The notes under the pieces: model-generated
Database searches by the model: none
Told to the model about the DNA's origin: nothing
The model's input: the letters and a program-made list of their open reading frames with translations, nothing else
NCBI GenBank assembly: GCA_043778225.1
Contig: JAYWGM010000025.1
Coordinates: forward strand, 1 to 35,895
Direction of reading: 5' to 3'
DNA from: Deinococcales bacterium
GTDB lineage: Bacteria > Deinococcota > Deinococci > Deinococcales > JAAFIG01
Length of the DNA stretch: 35,895 bases
Made by a program: the position numbers and the translations under genes
Shown here: positions 8,896 to 18,593 of the stretch, piece by piece
Position numbering within the stretch: the stretch's first letter is position 1
Layout of the letters: each line of letters starts with the position of its first letter

Positions 8896-9639
8896 ATGAA
8901 TTTTCTCGAGCAAGTGGTTTTGATTACCGGTGGCGCAAGTGGCATGGGGGCAGCTTGTGTGCAGGCTTTTACCGAGTCTGGCGCAAAAGTGGTGCTGATT
9001 GACCGCAACCAAACCCTTGGCTTAGAAGTGAGCAAGCGCACTGGCTCGAGTTTCGAGGCTGGCGATATTGCTGACTCGAGTTTTTGTGAGGCTGCGGTAC
9101 AGCGCAGCTTTGAGCAATTTGGACGGATAGACGTGTTGGTCAATGCTGCCGGTATTATTGTGCGCTCGAGTGGCTTAGAAACCTCCGACGAGGCTTGGCA
9201 TAGAATCATGAATGTCAATCTTTCGGGGTCGTTTTTTATGGCTCGAGCCGCCTTAAAAATCATGAAGACCCAACAACGTGGTGCAATTGTCAATTTTGGC
9301 AGTATCTGGGGCGATGTTGGCGCAGCTGGTGTGGCGGCATATTGCGCCAGCAAAGGGGCAATCCATAACCTGACCAGAGCCTTAGCACTCGAACACGCCC
9401 AAGATGGCATTCGGATTAACGCCGTTTGCCCCGGCGAAGTCAACACCCCAATGTTACAAGCCGAGCGCTCAGAACCGATTACCCAAGCCCTGCTCGAGCA
9501 ATTGGCGCAAACCGTGCCGATGGGGCGTTTGGCTGCTCCAGAAGAAATTGCTCGGGTGGTTTTATTTCTTGCCTCGAGCCAAGCAAGTTATATGACTGGT
9601 TCGCTGGTGACTGTGGATGCGGGTTTTACTGCCCGTTAG
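8896..9639 (+). CDS. Short-chain dehydrogenase/reductase (SDR)
   Basis: TGGASGMG, NAAG, YCASKG and NAVCPG; TAAAAT box 6 nt upstream. Confidence 0.92.
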   Translation: MNFLEQVVLITGGASGMGAACVQAFTESGAKVVLIDRNQTLGLEVSKRTGSSFEAGDIADSSFCEAAVQRSFEQFGRIDVLVNAAGIIVRSSGLETSDEAWHRIMNVNLSGSFFMARAALKIMKTQQRGAIVNFGSIWGDVGAAGVAAYCASKGAIHNLTRALALEHAQDGIRINAVCPGEVNTPMLQAERSEPITQALLEQLAQTVPMGRLAAPEEIARVVLFLASSQASYMTGSLVTVDAGFTAR

Positions 9640-9658
9640 AATGCTAATCTGAGCAACT

Positions 9659-10129
9659 ATGGATAAGGATTACCAAACGTGGGATGGAATTACTGACCAA
9701 GTGAATGCTTTAGCAGCCAAGCTCCAAGACGAGCAATTTGACCTGATGATGGTCATTACAAGAGGCGGCATGATTCCGGGCGCGGTACTTGGCTATCGGC
9801 TGGGAATTCGCAACATTGTCGTGGCGGCGGTCGAATTTTATGATGACCGAACGGGCGCTCGAGGGGTGCATCCAACTTTTTTGCAGTTTCCAGCCGATCC
9901 TATATTGACTGGTAAACGGGTACTGATTGTCGATGAAGTCTGGGATTCTGGGCGCACGATTCAAGCTGTGGCAACCCGAGTTCATCAGGCGGGTGGTGTG
10001 CCAATCACGGCGGTGCTGCATTACAAACCTCGGATGTCCGAAACTGCCCTAGAACCCGATTATTATGTCTTGGCAACCAATGCTTGGATTGTTTATCCGT
10101 GGTCAAGGCACGAAAAACTCGATGCGTAA
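9659..10129 (+). CDS. Type I phosphoribosyltransferase (xanthine/hypoxanthine PRT-like)
   Basis: ITRGGMIPG, VLIVDEVWDSGRT PRPP loop and WIVYPW. Confidence 0.88.
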   Translation: MDKDYQTWDGITDQVNALAAKLQDEQFDLMMVITRGGMIPGAVLGYRLGIRNIVVAAVEFYDDRTGARGVHPTFLQFPADPILTGKRVLIVDEVWDSGRTIQAVATRVHQAGGVPITAVLHYKPRMSETALEPDYYVLATNAWIVYPWSRHEKLDA

Positions 10130-10186
10130 AATTTGTCCTCATCTCAAAACCATCTCAATCCCATCGGCTCGAGAAAGAATAAAAAA

Positions 10187-11209
10187 ATGCAAAACACTTG
10201 GACTGCTTTTACAAAGGCGGCACTCAGTCAAGCCAAACTCGAGGGTTTAGCCTTCTCGAGCCACACCAAGCTCGAGATTTCTGGGCAGGGTAGCCTCGAG
10301 ACACAGATATTGGAAAATCCTTTCAAGCGCTGTGTGATTTCTTGGAATGCCCTTACCCCCGACGACTCAGGCTTGCTGCTCGAGGCTCGGGTGCGCTTTG
10401 GGCAGCGCTGGTCGAAGTATTTACGGATTGCCCAATGGAGCAATAATCCACTCGCCAATACTTCGTTTGAGGATTCAGACCAAGGGGTGCTGCTCGAGAC
10501 CGACACGATTATTTGCAAAAATTCTGCCGATGCCTTACAGCTTCGGGTGACGCTGCGCGGACAGGCGGTTTTGACGGGTTTAGCAGCGACTTTTACCGAT
10601 GACACAAGCCCAACGCTTGGCGCGGCTTCTGACCAAAAAGCGTGGGGTCTGGAGTTGGCTGTGCCACAGCATTCACAGATGATTTATCCCAAAGGTGGTC
10701 AGGTCTGGTGCAGCCCAACCAGCACCACGATGTTGCTCGAGTATTGGGCAAATAAACTCGGGCTGCCACTGGCAGATACTGTGCCGAAAGCTGCCCAAGC
10801 TGTCTGGGATGTGGCATACAACGGCGCGGGTAATTGGGCATTCAATATGGCATATGTTGGTGCTAAGGGCTTGCAGGGTTTTGTGGCACACTTGGGCAGT
10901 TTTGCGGCTGCCGAAGCCTATCTTGCCAACGGAATCCCAATTGCGCTTTCGATTGGTTGGGAAGACGGTACGCTTGATGGTGCGCCAATTGGGCATTCGC
11001 ATGGGCATTTGGTGGTGCTGCGTGGCTTTACTCCCACCGGCGACCCGATTATCAACGACCCAGCCCACCCATCTGACCAAGCCGTGCGGGTGATTTATAA
11101 GCGTGACCAACTCGAGCGAGCTTGGTTGCTGCACAGTGGTGGAATTGTGTACATTGTGCAACCAAACAACTATACTTTTCTTGATGCTCACCCAAATACA
11201 GCAAATTAA
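10187..11209 (+). CDS. Peptidase C39-like protein with an N-terminal beta-rich domain
   Basis: HSQM...WCSPTS (Gln/Cys), GHLVV (His) and IINDP (Asp); ATG 10187 preferred over TTG 10133. Confidence 0.82.
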   Translation: MQNTWTAFTKAALSQAKLEGLAFSSHTKLEISGQGSLETQILENPFKRCVISWNALTPDDSGLLLEARVRFGQRWSKYLRIAQWSNNPLANTSFEDSDQGVLLETDTIICKNSADALQLRVTLRGQAVLTGLAATFTDDTSPTLGAASDQKAWGLELAVPQHSQMIYPKGGQVWCSPTSTTMLLEYWANKLGLPLADTVPKAAQAVWDVAYNGAGNWAFNMAYVGAKGLQGFVAHLGSFAAAEAYLANGIPIALSIGWEDGTLDGAPIGHSHGHLVVLRGFTPTGDPIINDPAHPSDQAVRVIYKRDQLERAWLLHSGGIVYIVQPNNYTFLDAHPNTAN

Positions 11210-11213
11210 ATTG

Positions 11214-11525
11214 ATGGATTCACCACTCGAGCAAATCAAAGCCCTGAGCCACGATTTGCGTTTTGAAATTGTTTCGATTCTGGCACAGCGCGAGTGTTGT
11301 GTTTGTGAACTCGAGGTGCTGCTCGGGCTAACCCAAAGTAAAGTTTCCTATCATTTAGCCGCCCTGCGCGAAGTTGGCTTGGTCTCGAGTGAACAGCGTG
11401 GCAAAAACGTATTTTATCGCCTCGAGCGTACCGAGCTTTATTTGTTGGGCGGTAAATTGCTCGAGCGACTGCTCAAACCGCGCCCTGACCTTGCCCTGAC
11501 AAATCAAATAGAATTGATGTGTTAA
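11214..11525 (+). CDS. arsR: ArsR/SmtB-family As(III)-responsive repressor
   Basis: KALSHDLRFEI, ECCVCEL metal site and SKVSYHLAALREVGLV; precedes arsC. Confidence 0.9.
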   Translation: MDSPLEQIKALSHDLRFEIVSILAQRECCVCELEVLLGLTQSKVSYHLAALREVGLVSSEQRGKNVFYRLERTELYLLGGKLLERLLKPRPDLALTNQIELMC

Positions 11526-11528
11526 TCT
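11503..11528 (+). promoter_or_regulatory. Putative ArsR operator (ATCAA-N6-TTGAT) plus -10 TAATCT for leaderless arsC
   Basis: Palindrome at 11503-11518; near copy AGCAA-N6-TTGAT at 11200-11215 over the arsR start; TAATCT at 11523-11528, 6 nt before ATG 11535. Confidence 0.65.
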
Positions 11529-11534
11529 TTTGAG

Positions 11535-11990
11535 ATGCGGATTTTGATTCTTTGTACCCACAACAGCGCTCGTAGCCAAATGGCAGAAGGCTGGGCGCGT
11601 TTCTATGCCACAGAATTTGGGCTTGAGTGCCAAGTTCTGAGCGCTGGCACAGAAGCCACCTTTGTTAAGCCCGACGCAATTCAAACCATGCACGAAGTTG
11701 GCATAGACTTGGGCAGCCACTCGAGTAAAACGCTTTACGACCTACCAGACCCTTGGAATTTTGAGTATGTGATTACCGTTTGCGATAGCGCCGCCGAAAA
11801 TTGCCCAGTCTACCCAGCCCAAACCAAGCGCTTACATTATCCATTCAAAGACCCAAGTGGGCATTCGCTCGAGATGTGGCGGGTTGTGCGTGACCAAATT
11901 GGCGCACAAATGAAAGCCTTGGTTGTGGCTCTAAAAAACCAGCAACCAGTCCCGCCAACCTACGAAGCCACGCCAAGTGTGGAAAGCTGA
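11535..11990 (+). CDS. arsC: Arsenate reductase, LMW-PTP/thioredoxin-coupled type
   Basis: CTHNSARSQMAEG P-loop, VCDSAAENCP and FKDP. Confidence 0.9.
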   Translation: MRILILCTHNSARSQMAEGWARFYATEFGLECQVLSAGTEATFVKPDAIQTMHEVGIDLGSHSSKTLYDLPDPWNFEYVITVCDSAAENCPVYPAQTKRLHYPFKDPSGHSLEMWRVVRDQIGAQMKALVVALKNQQPVPPTYEATPSVES

Positions 11991-12655
11991 TGCTGCGCCG
12001 TTTGTTGTCCGAATGGATTGGCACATTTGCGATTGTCTACTGTGGGGTTGGCGCAATTGCTTTAACCCAAACAGGTTTACTGAACGGTGGCTTATTGGCA
12101 ATTGCCATGGCTCACGGCTTTGCAGCGATGGTCATGATTTATGCGGTTGGCAATGTCTCTGGCGCACATTTTAATCCAGCCATCACAATTGCGCTAACCC
12201 TGACCAAGCGTTTTTTGTGGCAAGATGTACTGCCTTATATTGCGGCGCAGTTATTGGGCAGTTTAGCCGCTATTGCCACCCTAAGTCTGACCCACAGCGC
12301 GGCACTCGAGAAAGTCCAATACGGTGCAACTTTGCTTGCGCCCAATGTTTCGGGGCTGGCTGGTTTTACAATCGAAGCAGTGCTGACTTTTTTCTTGGCT
12401 TTTGTTGTTTTTCGCGTGGCGGTTTTTCAATCCCACCCTGCGGCTGGCGCGATGGTTGGCGCAACGATCATGATGTGTATTGCGGCTGCCGGACCACTGA
12501 CAGGAGTGGCGCTCAATCCGGCTCGAGCTTTTGGACCGGCAATTTTTGGCAATTGGCAAGACCACTGGATCATGTGGGCTGCGCCAATTTGCGGTGCAGT
12601 TATCGGCGCTTTTACGGCTCAAGCCCTCGAGACAAAAAAGGATGTGACCCCATGA
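11990..12655 (+). CDS. MIP/aquaporin channel in the ars operon
   Basis: SGAHFNPA and [10 protein letters not shown] motifs; six hydrophobic helices. Confidence 0.92.
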   Translation: MLRRLLSEWIGTFAIVYCGVGAIALTQTGLLNGGLLAIAMAHGFAAMVMIYAVGNVSGAHFNPAITIALTLTKRFLWQDVLPYIAAQLLGSLAAIATLSLTHSAALEKVQYGATLLAPNVSGLAGFTIEAVLTFFLAFVVFRVAVFQSHPAAGAMVGATIMMCIAAAGPLTGVALNPARAFGPAIFGNWQDHWIMWAAPICGAVIGAFTAQALETKKDVTP

Positions 12656-13080
12656 AAAAGCCTTCGGTATTATTTCTTTGCACGGGCAATACCGCCCGTA
12701 GCCAAATGGCGGATGCACTGCTGCGCCACCATGCCCCAGACGAATTTGAAGTTACCAGTGCTGGACTCGAGCCGGGGGTACTGAATCCATACACCGTGCG
12801 GGTTCTCGAGGAACTTGGTATCAGCACCCAAGGGATGCACGCCAAAGGGGTAATTCCCATGCTTGGTCATCAGCATTTTAACTACATCATCACGGTTTGC
12901 TCGAGAGCCGAAGAAAAATGCCCGATGTTTCCGGGAGTTTCATACCGCCTAGCGTGGGCATTTGAAGACCCGGCTGCTTTTGTCGGCAACGATACCGACA
13001 CGCTCGAGAAATTCCGTGAAATTCGCAATGCCATTTCGGAGCGGATTCTTGGCTGGAAAATGGGTGGCTACAAAGTCTAA
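12652..13080 (+). CDS. arsC: Second arsenate reductase (LMW-PTP type)
   Basis: [21 protein letters not shown] and FEDPA; ATGA overlap with the aquaporin stop. Confidence 0.88.
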   Translation: MKKPSVLFLCTGNTARSQMADALLRHHAPDEFEVTSAGLEPGVLNPYTVRVLEELGISTQGMHAKGVIPMLGHQHFNYIITVCSRAEEKCPMFPGVSYRLAWAFEDPAAFVGNDTDTLEKFREIRNAISERILGWKMGGYKV

Positions 13081-13661
13081 TCCTCAAATAAGTCTTTTAA
13101 GGCAGTGAATGGATTCTCGCGCTTACTTTCTTGAACTCCAAAGACTGGACAGTCGGCTCGAGCTTCGGGGCAAGCGGCGGTTCGATTGAGGTTCGCGCCG
13201 CAAGCTGCACATAAGCCTTTGCATTTGGATTTGCATTTGACCATGGTTGGAATATCCAGACTGATGCTTTCGGCAAACAATGCCGTCAGGTCGATGTTCG
13301 GGTCGCCAAAGACAATCACTTCGTCGTCGTCCTCGACTAAACGGGTCGGTATTTTAACGCTGGCATCAAAGCGCAGTAGACTCTCGAGCCGCGATTCAAG
13401 GCTGTACTCCACTGGGTCAAGGCAGCGCCCGCAATCAAGACTGAGCGTGGCTCTGATTGTGCCAGCCAACCAGTATTCGTTGTCGCCAAGATGCGAGGCA
13501 ATGGCTCGCCACTCGGCATGACCCACAAGCGGAATGGTGTTGGTCTCGAGTCCGTGGGTGGTTGGCACAGTGTACTCGAGAACATCGATTTGTCCAGCGT
13601 TGGAGACATCGCCACCACCGCGCAGGATTTGAGAAAGGTTCAAACTTGGAGCTTCAATCAC
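13077..13661 (-). CDS. yceD: YceD/DUF177 family metal-binding protein
   Basis: CGRCL, CKSKCKGLCAACGANLN and NPFTALKDLF; GTG start 6 nt after TAGACT. Confidence 0.88.
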   Translation of the reverse strand: MIEAPSLNLSQILRGGGDVSNAGQIDVLEYTVPTTHGLETNTIPLVGHAEWRAIASHLGDNEYWLAGTIRATLSLDCGRCLDPVEYSLESRLESLLRFDASVKIPTRLVEDDDEVIVFGDPNIDLTALFAESISLDIPTMVKCKSKCKGLCAACGANLNRTAACPEARADCPVFGVQESKRENPFTALKDLFED

Positions 13662-13670
13662 AGCTACAGT

Positions 13671-14675
13671 CTACACGAGTTTATGTGCCTCGAGATGCGC
13701 TTGATGGCTCAGTAAACCTCCAATTTCCTCCATTTGCGCTTGGCTTAAAGCCCCTTGCGCCAGAACCGCTGCATTTTCTTGGACTTGTTTTACGGTTCTA
13801 AAGCCCGGAATCGGAATCGTCTGGCTGCTGCGTGCCAATAGCCAAGCCAACGCGCCTTGCGCCAAGGTACGCCTGCCTGCCATCAGAACTTCTCGAATTG
13901 CCTCGAGTTTGGCTAACCAGACTGGGTTTGGTTGACCATGTTGAAAATACGCCATCCAAGCTGGCGAAATAAAACGCACATCGCTGGCTGTAAATGCCGC
14001 CCCACCCGAGAATTTACCAGTTAGCATTCCCATCCCAAGTGGACCGCGGTTAATACTCGAGAGGTTGTGTTGCTCTAGAAACTCGAGCATGGCGCTGTTG
14101 TCTTCAAAAATATTTTGCTGATGTTGAATCGCCACACAGTTTGGAGCAGCCGCAAAAACCTTGGCTCGAGCCAAATCGTCGGTACTCCAACCATACGCTC
14201 GAATCAGTCCTTCTTGCACCAGTTGCTCGAGGGTAACTAGAATCTCTGATGCTTTGGAAATCGGGTAATCGCCAACGTGCAACTGAAAAAGGTCAATATA
14301 ATCAGTCTGTAAACGCCTCAGGCTGGCAAGACACGAGGCTCGAATATCGGCTGGGGTACAATGAACACCGCGCACAACTTTTTGCGCTTCGTCCAGACCA
14401 TAGCCAAATTTTGTGGCAATCACAACTTGCTCTCGAGCCGCGCCAAGTGCTTTACCCAGAATCACTTCGCTGTGTCCAGCCCCATAGTTGGCAGCCGTAT
14501 CAAAAAAAGTAATCCCCATCTCAAGGGCTGCCTCTATGGCTTTTATAGACTCGAGGTCGCTGACTGCTCCCCAGCCTGCTTCTTGGGTGTCAAATTTCCA
14601 CTCACCACCAATTGCCCAACAGCCCATGCCAATTGCGCTCACGCCAATGTTGCTCCGACCAAGATTTCTTTTCAT
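13671..14675 (-). CDS. Aldo/keto reductase
   Basis: GMGCWAIGG, FFDTAANYG, IATKFG, DYIDLFQLH and IPIPG. Confidence 0.93.
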   Translation of the reverse strand: MKRNLGRSNIGVSAIGMGCWAIGGEWKFDTQEAGWGAVSDLESIKAIEAALEMGITFFDTAANYGAGHSEVILGKALGAAREQVVIATKFGYGLDEAQKVVRGVHCTPADIRASCLASLRRLQTDYIDLFQLHVGDYPISKASEILVTLEQLVQEGLIRAYGWSTDDLARAKVFAAAPNCVAIQHQQNIFEDNSAMLEFLEQHNLSSINRGPLGMGMLTGKFSGGAAFTASDVRFISPAWMAYFQHGQPNPVWLAKLEAIREVLMAGRRTLAQGALAWLLARSSQTIPIPGFRTVKQVQENAAVLAQGALSQAQMEEIGGLLSHQAHLEAHKLV

Positions 14676-14681
14676 TCGCCC

Positions 14682-14712
14682 AGCCTAAAGCCTCAAGCGC
14701 ACTCAAGGTCAA
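14682..14712 (-). promoter_or_regulatory. MerR-type promoter for the AKR gene (19-bp spacer)
   Basis: Minus strand TTGACC-19 nt-TAGGCT-6 nt-ATG; imperfect dyad CCTTGAGTGCGCTTGAGG in the spacer. Confidence 0.8.
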
Positions 14713-14744
14713 GCCCTAGACCTTTTGAGGTTCTATACTGCCCC

Positions 14745-15113
14745 ATGACTTTCTCGATTGGCGATGCTGCGACCCAAGCTGGAATCAGTATTCATACGCT
14801 GCACTATTACGAACGCGAAGGTTTACTGCACGTGGCTCGAGCCAGCAGTGGGCATCGGCGCTACTCGAGCAGCGACCTTGAATGGATTGGAATTTTAACC
14901 TGTCTGCGAAAGACTGGAATGCCGATTCGCACCATGCGTGAATTTGCCGCGCTGGTTCAGCAAGACTCGAGCAATATCCCAGAGCGAATTCAAATTCTTA
15001 AAGCCCATCGGCTCGAGGTGATTGAACACTTAAAATCTTTGCAACACAACCTTGACCATGTTGAGTACAAAATAGATTACTACCAAAAAGTTTTAGCGCA
15101 AAAAGTCGTTTGA
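14745..15113 (+). CDS. MerR-family regulator (AdhR/NmlR-like)
   Basis: MTFSIGDAA...HTLHYYEREGLL...GHRRY...CLRKTGMPI; TATACT 5 nt upstream; the track's start at 14361 is an extension overlapping the AKR gene. Confidence 0.9.
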   Translation: MTFSIGDAATQAGISIHTLHYYEREGLLHVARASSGHRRYSSSDLEWIGILTCLRKTGMPIRTMREFAALVQQDSSNIPERIQILKAHRLEVIEHLKSLQHNLDHVEYKIDYYQKVLAQKVV

Positions 15114-15200
15114 AAATGCTACTCATGCTGCTTCTCGAGCGCAATATTCAGCCCAAACCTTATGTTATAACTGGATAACACCACTTGCAATTGGAGGACT

Positions 15201-15503
15201 ATGCAGCTCACCGAACGCGAAAAAGACAAATTGATGATTGTTGTGGCAGCCGACCTTGCCCGTCGCCGCTTGGCAAGGGGCTTAAAGCTCAATCACCCTG
15301 AAGCCATTGCGCTGATTACCGCCGAGGTTCTCGAGGGTATCCGTGATGGTCAGAGTGTTGAATACCTCATGAGTTACGGCGCAACGATTCTCAAGCGCGA
15401 ACAAGTGATGCTCGGTATTCCCGAAATGATTCACGATATTCAAGTCGAAGGAACATTCCCAGACGGCACAAAACTGGTCACAATTCACGACCCGATTCGC
15501 TAA
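15201..15503 (+). CDS. ureA: Urease subunit gamma
   Basis: [20 protein letters not shown] and [25 protein letters not shown]. Confidence 0.97.
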   Translation: MQLTEREKDKLMIVVAADLARRRLARGLKLNHPEAIALITAEVLEGIRDGQSVEYLMSYGATILKREQVMLGIPEMIHDIQVEGTFPDGTKLVTIHDPIR

Positions 15504-15514
15504 GGAGAAATAGC

Positions 15515-15871
15515 ATGATACCCGGTGAATACATCGTTGAAGAAGGCGAAATAGAAATCAATCTGGCTCGAGAAACCTTGCAGCTTGTGGTTGAAAATCG
15601 GGCTGACCGACCAATTCAAGTCGGGAGTCATTTTCATTTCTTTGAAGTCAATCGCGCCCTTGGCTTTGACCGCGAGGCAGCTTACGGGATGCGTTTGAAC
15701 ATTGCCGCAGGCACAGCCGTGCGTTTTGAACCCGGAGAACGCAAAGAAATCGAACTGGTCGCCCTTGGTGGCTCGAGAATCGTGTATGGCATGAATGCAC
15801 TGGTGATGGGTGAACTTGCCACGCAGCGCGAGGCAGCACTCGAGAAAGCCAAAACCGAGGGGTTCTTATGA
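15515..15871 (+). CDS. ureB: Urease subunit beta
   Basis: [19 protein letters not shown] and GTAVRFEPG. Confidence 0.97.
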   Translation: MIPGEYIVEEGEIEINLARETLQLVVENRADRPIQVGSHFHFFEVNRALGFDREAAYGMRLNIAAGTAVRFEPGERKEIELVALGGSRIVYGMNALVMGELATQREAALEKAKTEGFL

Positions 15872-15893
15872 TACCCAAAAGCAAGGGATTTGT

Positions 15894-17591
15894 ATGAAAC
15901 TGAGCCGCCGACAATACGCCGACTTGTACGGCATTACCACGGGCGATAGGGTACGGCTTGCCGATACCGATTTACTGATCGAAGTTGAACATGATTACAC
16001 AGTTTACGGCGAAGAGGTCAAATTTGGTGGCGGTAAAGTTATCCGTGATGGCTTAGGGCAATCACAACGCACTCGAGCCGATGGCGCACCAGACTTGGTG
16101 ATTACCAATGCCCTGATTCTTGACCATTGGGGAATTGTCAAAGCCGATGTTGGGGTGCGCGATGGAAGAATCTGCGCCATTGGCAAAGCGGGCAATGCTG
16201 GCACACAAGATGGTGTTACGCCCGGACTCGAGATTGGTGCAAGTACCGAAATTATTGCTGGTGAAGGACATATTTTAACCGCAGGTGGCGTGGACACCCA
16301 TATTCATTTTATTGCGCCGCAACAGGCTTGGGAAGCGCTTTACAGTGGCATCACGACCATGATTGGTGGCGGCACAGGACCGACGGCTGGCACAAGCGCC
16401 ACGACTTGCACCCCCGGCGAATGGCATATCCACCGAATGCTCGAGGCGTTAGAAGGCTTACCACTTAATTTTGGTTTACTTGGTAAGGGCAACGCCAGTT
16501 TAACCGCACCGCTCGAGGAACAAGTGCGGGCTGGCGCAATTGGCTTAAAACTCCATGAGGATTGGGGAACAACCCCCGCCGCGATTCATGCAGCGCTCGA
16601 GGTTGCCGAGAAATTTGATGTCCAAGTCGCTATTCACACCGATACCTTAAATGAATCTGGGTTTGTTGAAGACAGCATCAAAGCCTTTGCCGGACGCACG
16701 ATTCACACCTACCATACCGAAGGGGCGGGTGGGGGTCACGCCCCAGATATTATCAAAGTTGCCAGTCTGCCCAATGTGCTGCCCAGCAGCACCAATCCAA
16801 CCATGCCGTTTACGATCAATACCTTAAAAGAACATTTGGATATGCTGATGGTTTGTCATCATTTAAGCCCACGAATCCCAGAAGATGTGTCCTTTGCCGA
16901 AAGTCGCATCCGCCCTGAAACGATTGCTGCCGAGGATATTTTGCATGACCTCGGGGTGTTTAGCATGATGAGTAGTGATAGCCAAGCCATGGGCAGAATT
17001 GGCGAAGTGATTTTGCGAACTTGGCAAACCGCCCATAAGATGCGTCAGCAGCGCGGAGAACTTGGCTCGAGTCGCCATGATAACCTTCGGGCAAAACGCT
17101 ATGTCGCCAAGTACACCATCAATCCAGCCATTGCTCACGGGGTTGCCCATGAAGTTGGCAGTGTTGAAGTTGGTAAATTAGCCGATTTGGTGCTGTTCAA
17201 ACCCGCTTTTTTTGGGGTCAAGCCAAGCATGATTATCAAAGGTGGTTTTGTGGTCGCCGCCCAAATGGGCGACCCGAACGCCAGTATCCCCACGCCACAG
17301 CCTGTCTATACCCGCCCAATGTTTGCGGCTCACGGACTGGCGCACCGCAGCACTTGTCTGCATTTTGTTTCGGCAATCAGTCTCGAGACGGGTAATTTAC
17401 CCGCCTTGACCCGCCGTTTAAGTGCGGTTAAGAACACCCGCAACATTGGCAAAAAGGACATGATTCATAACAACGCCATGCCTGAAATCGAAGTAGACCC
17501 AGAAACCTACAAAGTCACAGCAGACGGCGAGCATCTCGAGTGTGAACCAGCCAAGGAATTACCCATGACCCAACGGTACTTTCTTTTTTAA
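15894..17591 (+). CDS. ureC: Urease subunit alpha
   Basis: Ni ligands present: [34 protein letters not shown] flap and SSDSQAMG; start at MKLSRRQYA. Confidence 0.97.
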   Translation: MKLSRRQYADLYGITTGDRVRLADTDLLIEVEHDYTVYGEEVKFGGGKVIRDGLGQSQRTRADGAPDLVITNALILDHWGIVKADVGVRDGRICAIGKAGNAGTQDGVTPGLEIGASTEIIAGEGHILTAGGVDTHIHFIAPQQAWEALYSGITTMIGGGTGPTAGTSATTCTPGEWHIHRMLEALEGLPLNFGLLGKGNASLTAPLEEQVRAGAIGLKLHEDWGTTPAAIHAALEVAEKFDVQVAIHTDTLNESGFVEDSIKAFAGRTIHTYHTEGAGGGHAPDIIKVASLPNVLPSSTNPTMPFTINTLKEHLDMLMVCHHLSPRIPEDVSFAESRIRPETIAAEDILHDLGVFSMMSSDSQAMGRIGEVILRTWQTAHKMRQQRGELGSSRHDNLRAKRYVAKYTINPAIAHGVAHEVGSVEVGKLADLVLFKPAFFGVKPSMIIKGGFVVAAQMGDPNASIPTPQPVYTRPMFAAHGLAHRSTCLHFVSAISLETGNLPALTRRLSAVKNTRNIGKKDMIHNNAMPEIEVDPETYKVTADGEHLECEPAKELPMTQRYFLF

Positions 17592-17592
17592 T

Positions 17593-17934
17593 ATGCACGA
17601 AGCCTCGATTGCCATAGACTTGGTGCAGATGGTGATAGAACAAGCCGAGTTGCATGACGCCACAGCCGTCACTCGAGTGGTAGTTCGACTTGGAATGCTC
17701 TCAAGTGTGATTCCAGAAGCCCTTTATTTTGCTTGGACAAGCGCTCGAGAAGACACGATTGCTGAACTCGCTAACCTCGAAATTCATACCGTACCCGCTA
17801 CGGCAATTTGCACGACCCACGGTACAGTGACCTTAAATTTGCAACGCGGTATTCGCTGCCCAATCTGCGATGCGCCAACCCCACAAATCATCACGGGCGA
17901 AGAACTCGAGTTGGACAGTTTAGAATTGGAGTAA
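17593..17934 (+). CDS. hypA: Nickel metallochaperone HypA
   Basis: N-terminal MHE Ni motif, CTTH and CPIC zinc knuckles, GEELELDSLE. Confidence 0.88.
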   Translation: MHEASIAIDLVQMVIEQAELHDATAVTRVVVRLGMLSSVIPEALYFAWTSAREDTIAELANLEIHTVPATAICTTHGTVTLNLQRGIRCPICDAPTPQIITGEELELDSLELE

Positions 17935-17936
17935 CT

Positions 17937-18593
17937 ATGGAAAACACCGCCCGAATTGTGACAGTCCGCCAAGGCATCTTAAAACACAATGACCAACTGG
18001 CGCTCCAGAACCGCCAGCAATTCCAAGCCCTTGGCTTACGGGTTATTAACCTTGCCTCGAGTCCGGGAGCTGGAAAAACCGCCCTGCTGGAACGTACCTT
18101 TACCGATTTTGGCTCGAGTCTTCGCATGGCAGTCGCAGTTGGCGACCTCGCCACCGAAAACGATGCAATCCGCTTACGCCAAGCAGGAGCAATTGCCCAT
18201 CAGATTGTGACCGGTACAATTTGTCATTTGGATGCCCAGATGGTGCAGAATGTACTGCCAAATTTTGACTTGCCCAGTTTACAAACCCTTTTTCTCGAGA
18301 ATGTTGGCAATCTGGTCTGCCCCAGTAGTTACGACCTTGGTGAAAGCGCCAGAGCGGTGCTGCTCAGCACCACCGAAGGCGAGGATAAACCACTCAAGTA
18401 CCCGACCATGTTTAACACCGCCGACGTTGTGCTGCTGACCAAAATGGACATTGCCCAAGCCGTTGGCTTTAACCGCGAGCTTGCCCTCGAGAATATAGAC
18501 CGTGCGCGTCCGGGTGTGCCTGTGCTGGAAGTCTCGAGCAAAACGGGTTTGGGCATGGCGACTTGGTACGATTTTGTCCGAGGGAAAATGTGA
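17937..18593 (+). CDS. hypB: Nickel-insertion GTPase HypB
   Basis: SSPGAGKT, CHLDA, ENVGNLVCP, EGEDKPLKYP and TKMD. Confidence 0.93.
   Translation: MENTARIVTVRQGILKHNDQLALQNRQQFQALGLRVINLASSPGAGKTALLERTFTDFGSSLRMAVAVGDLATENDAIRLRQAGAIAHQIVTGTICHLDAQMVQNVLPNFDLPSLQTLFLENVGNLVCPSSYDLGESARAVLLSTTEGEDKPLKYPTMFNTADVVLLTKMDIAQAVGFNRELALENIDRARPGVPVLEVSSKTGLGMATWYDFVRGKM

Noticed and set aside
12217..12651. N-terminal extension of the second arsC (287-aa ORF), suggesting an aquaporin-ArsC fusion
   Set aside because: It is an off-frame shadow of the aquaporin; the real start is ATG 12652 with an RBS and ATGA overlap.
14361..14744. Long N-terminal extension of MerR
   Set aside because: Antisense to the AKR gene; the MerR HTH starts at 14745 behind a -10 box.
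15810..15893. ureB-ureC overlap or fusion
   Set aside because: ureB has its own stop at 15871 and the canonical UreC N-terminus starts at 15894.
17593..18593. Hydrogenase gene cluster
   Set aside because: No hydrogenase subunits or hypCDEF; the genes are embedded in the urease operon.
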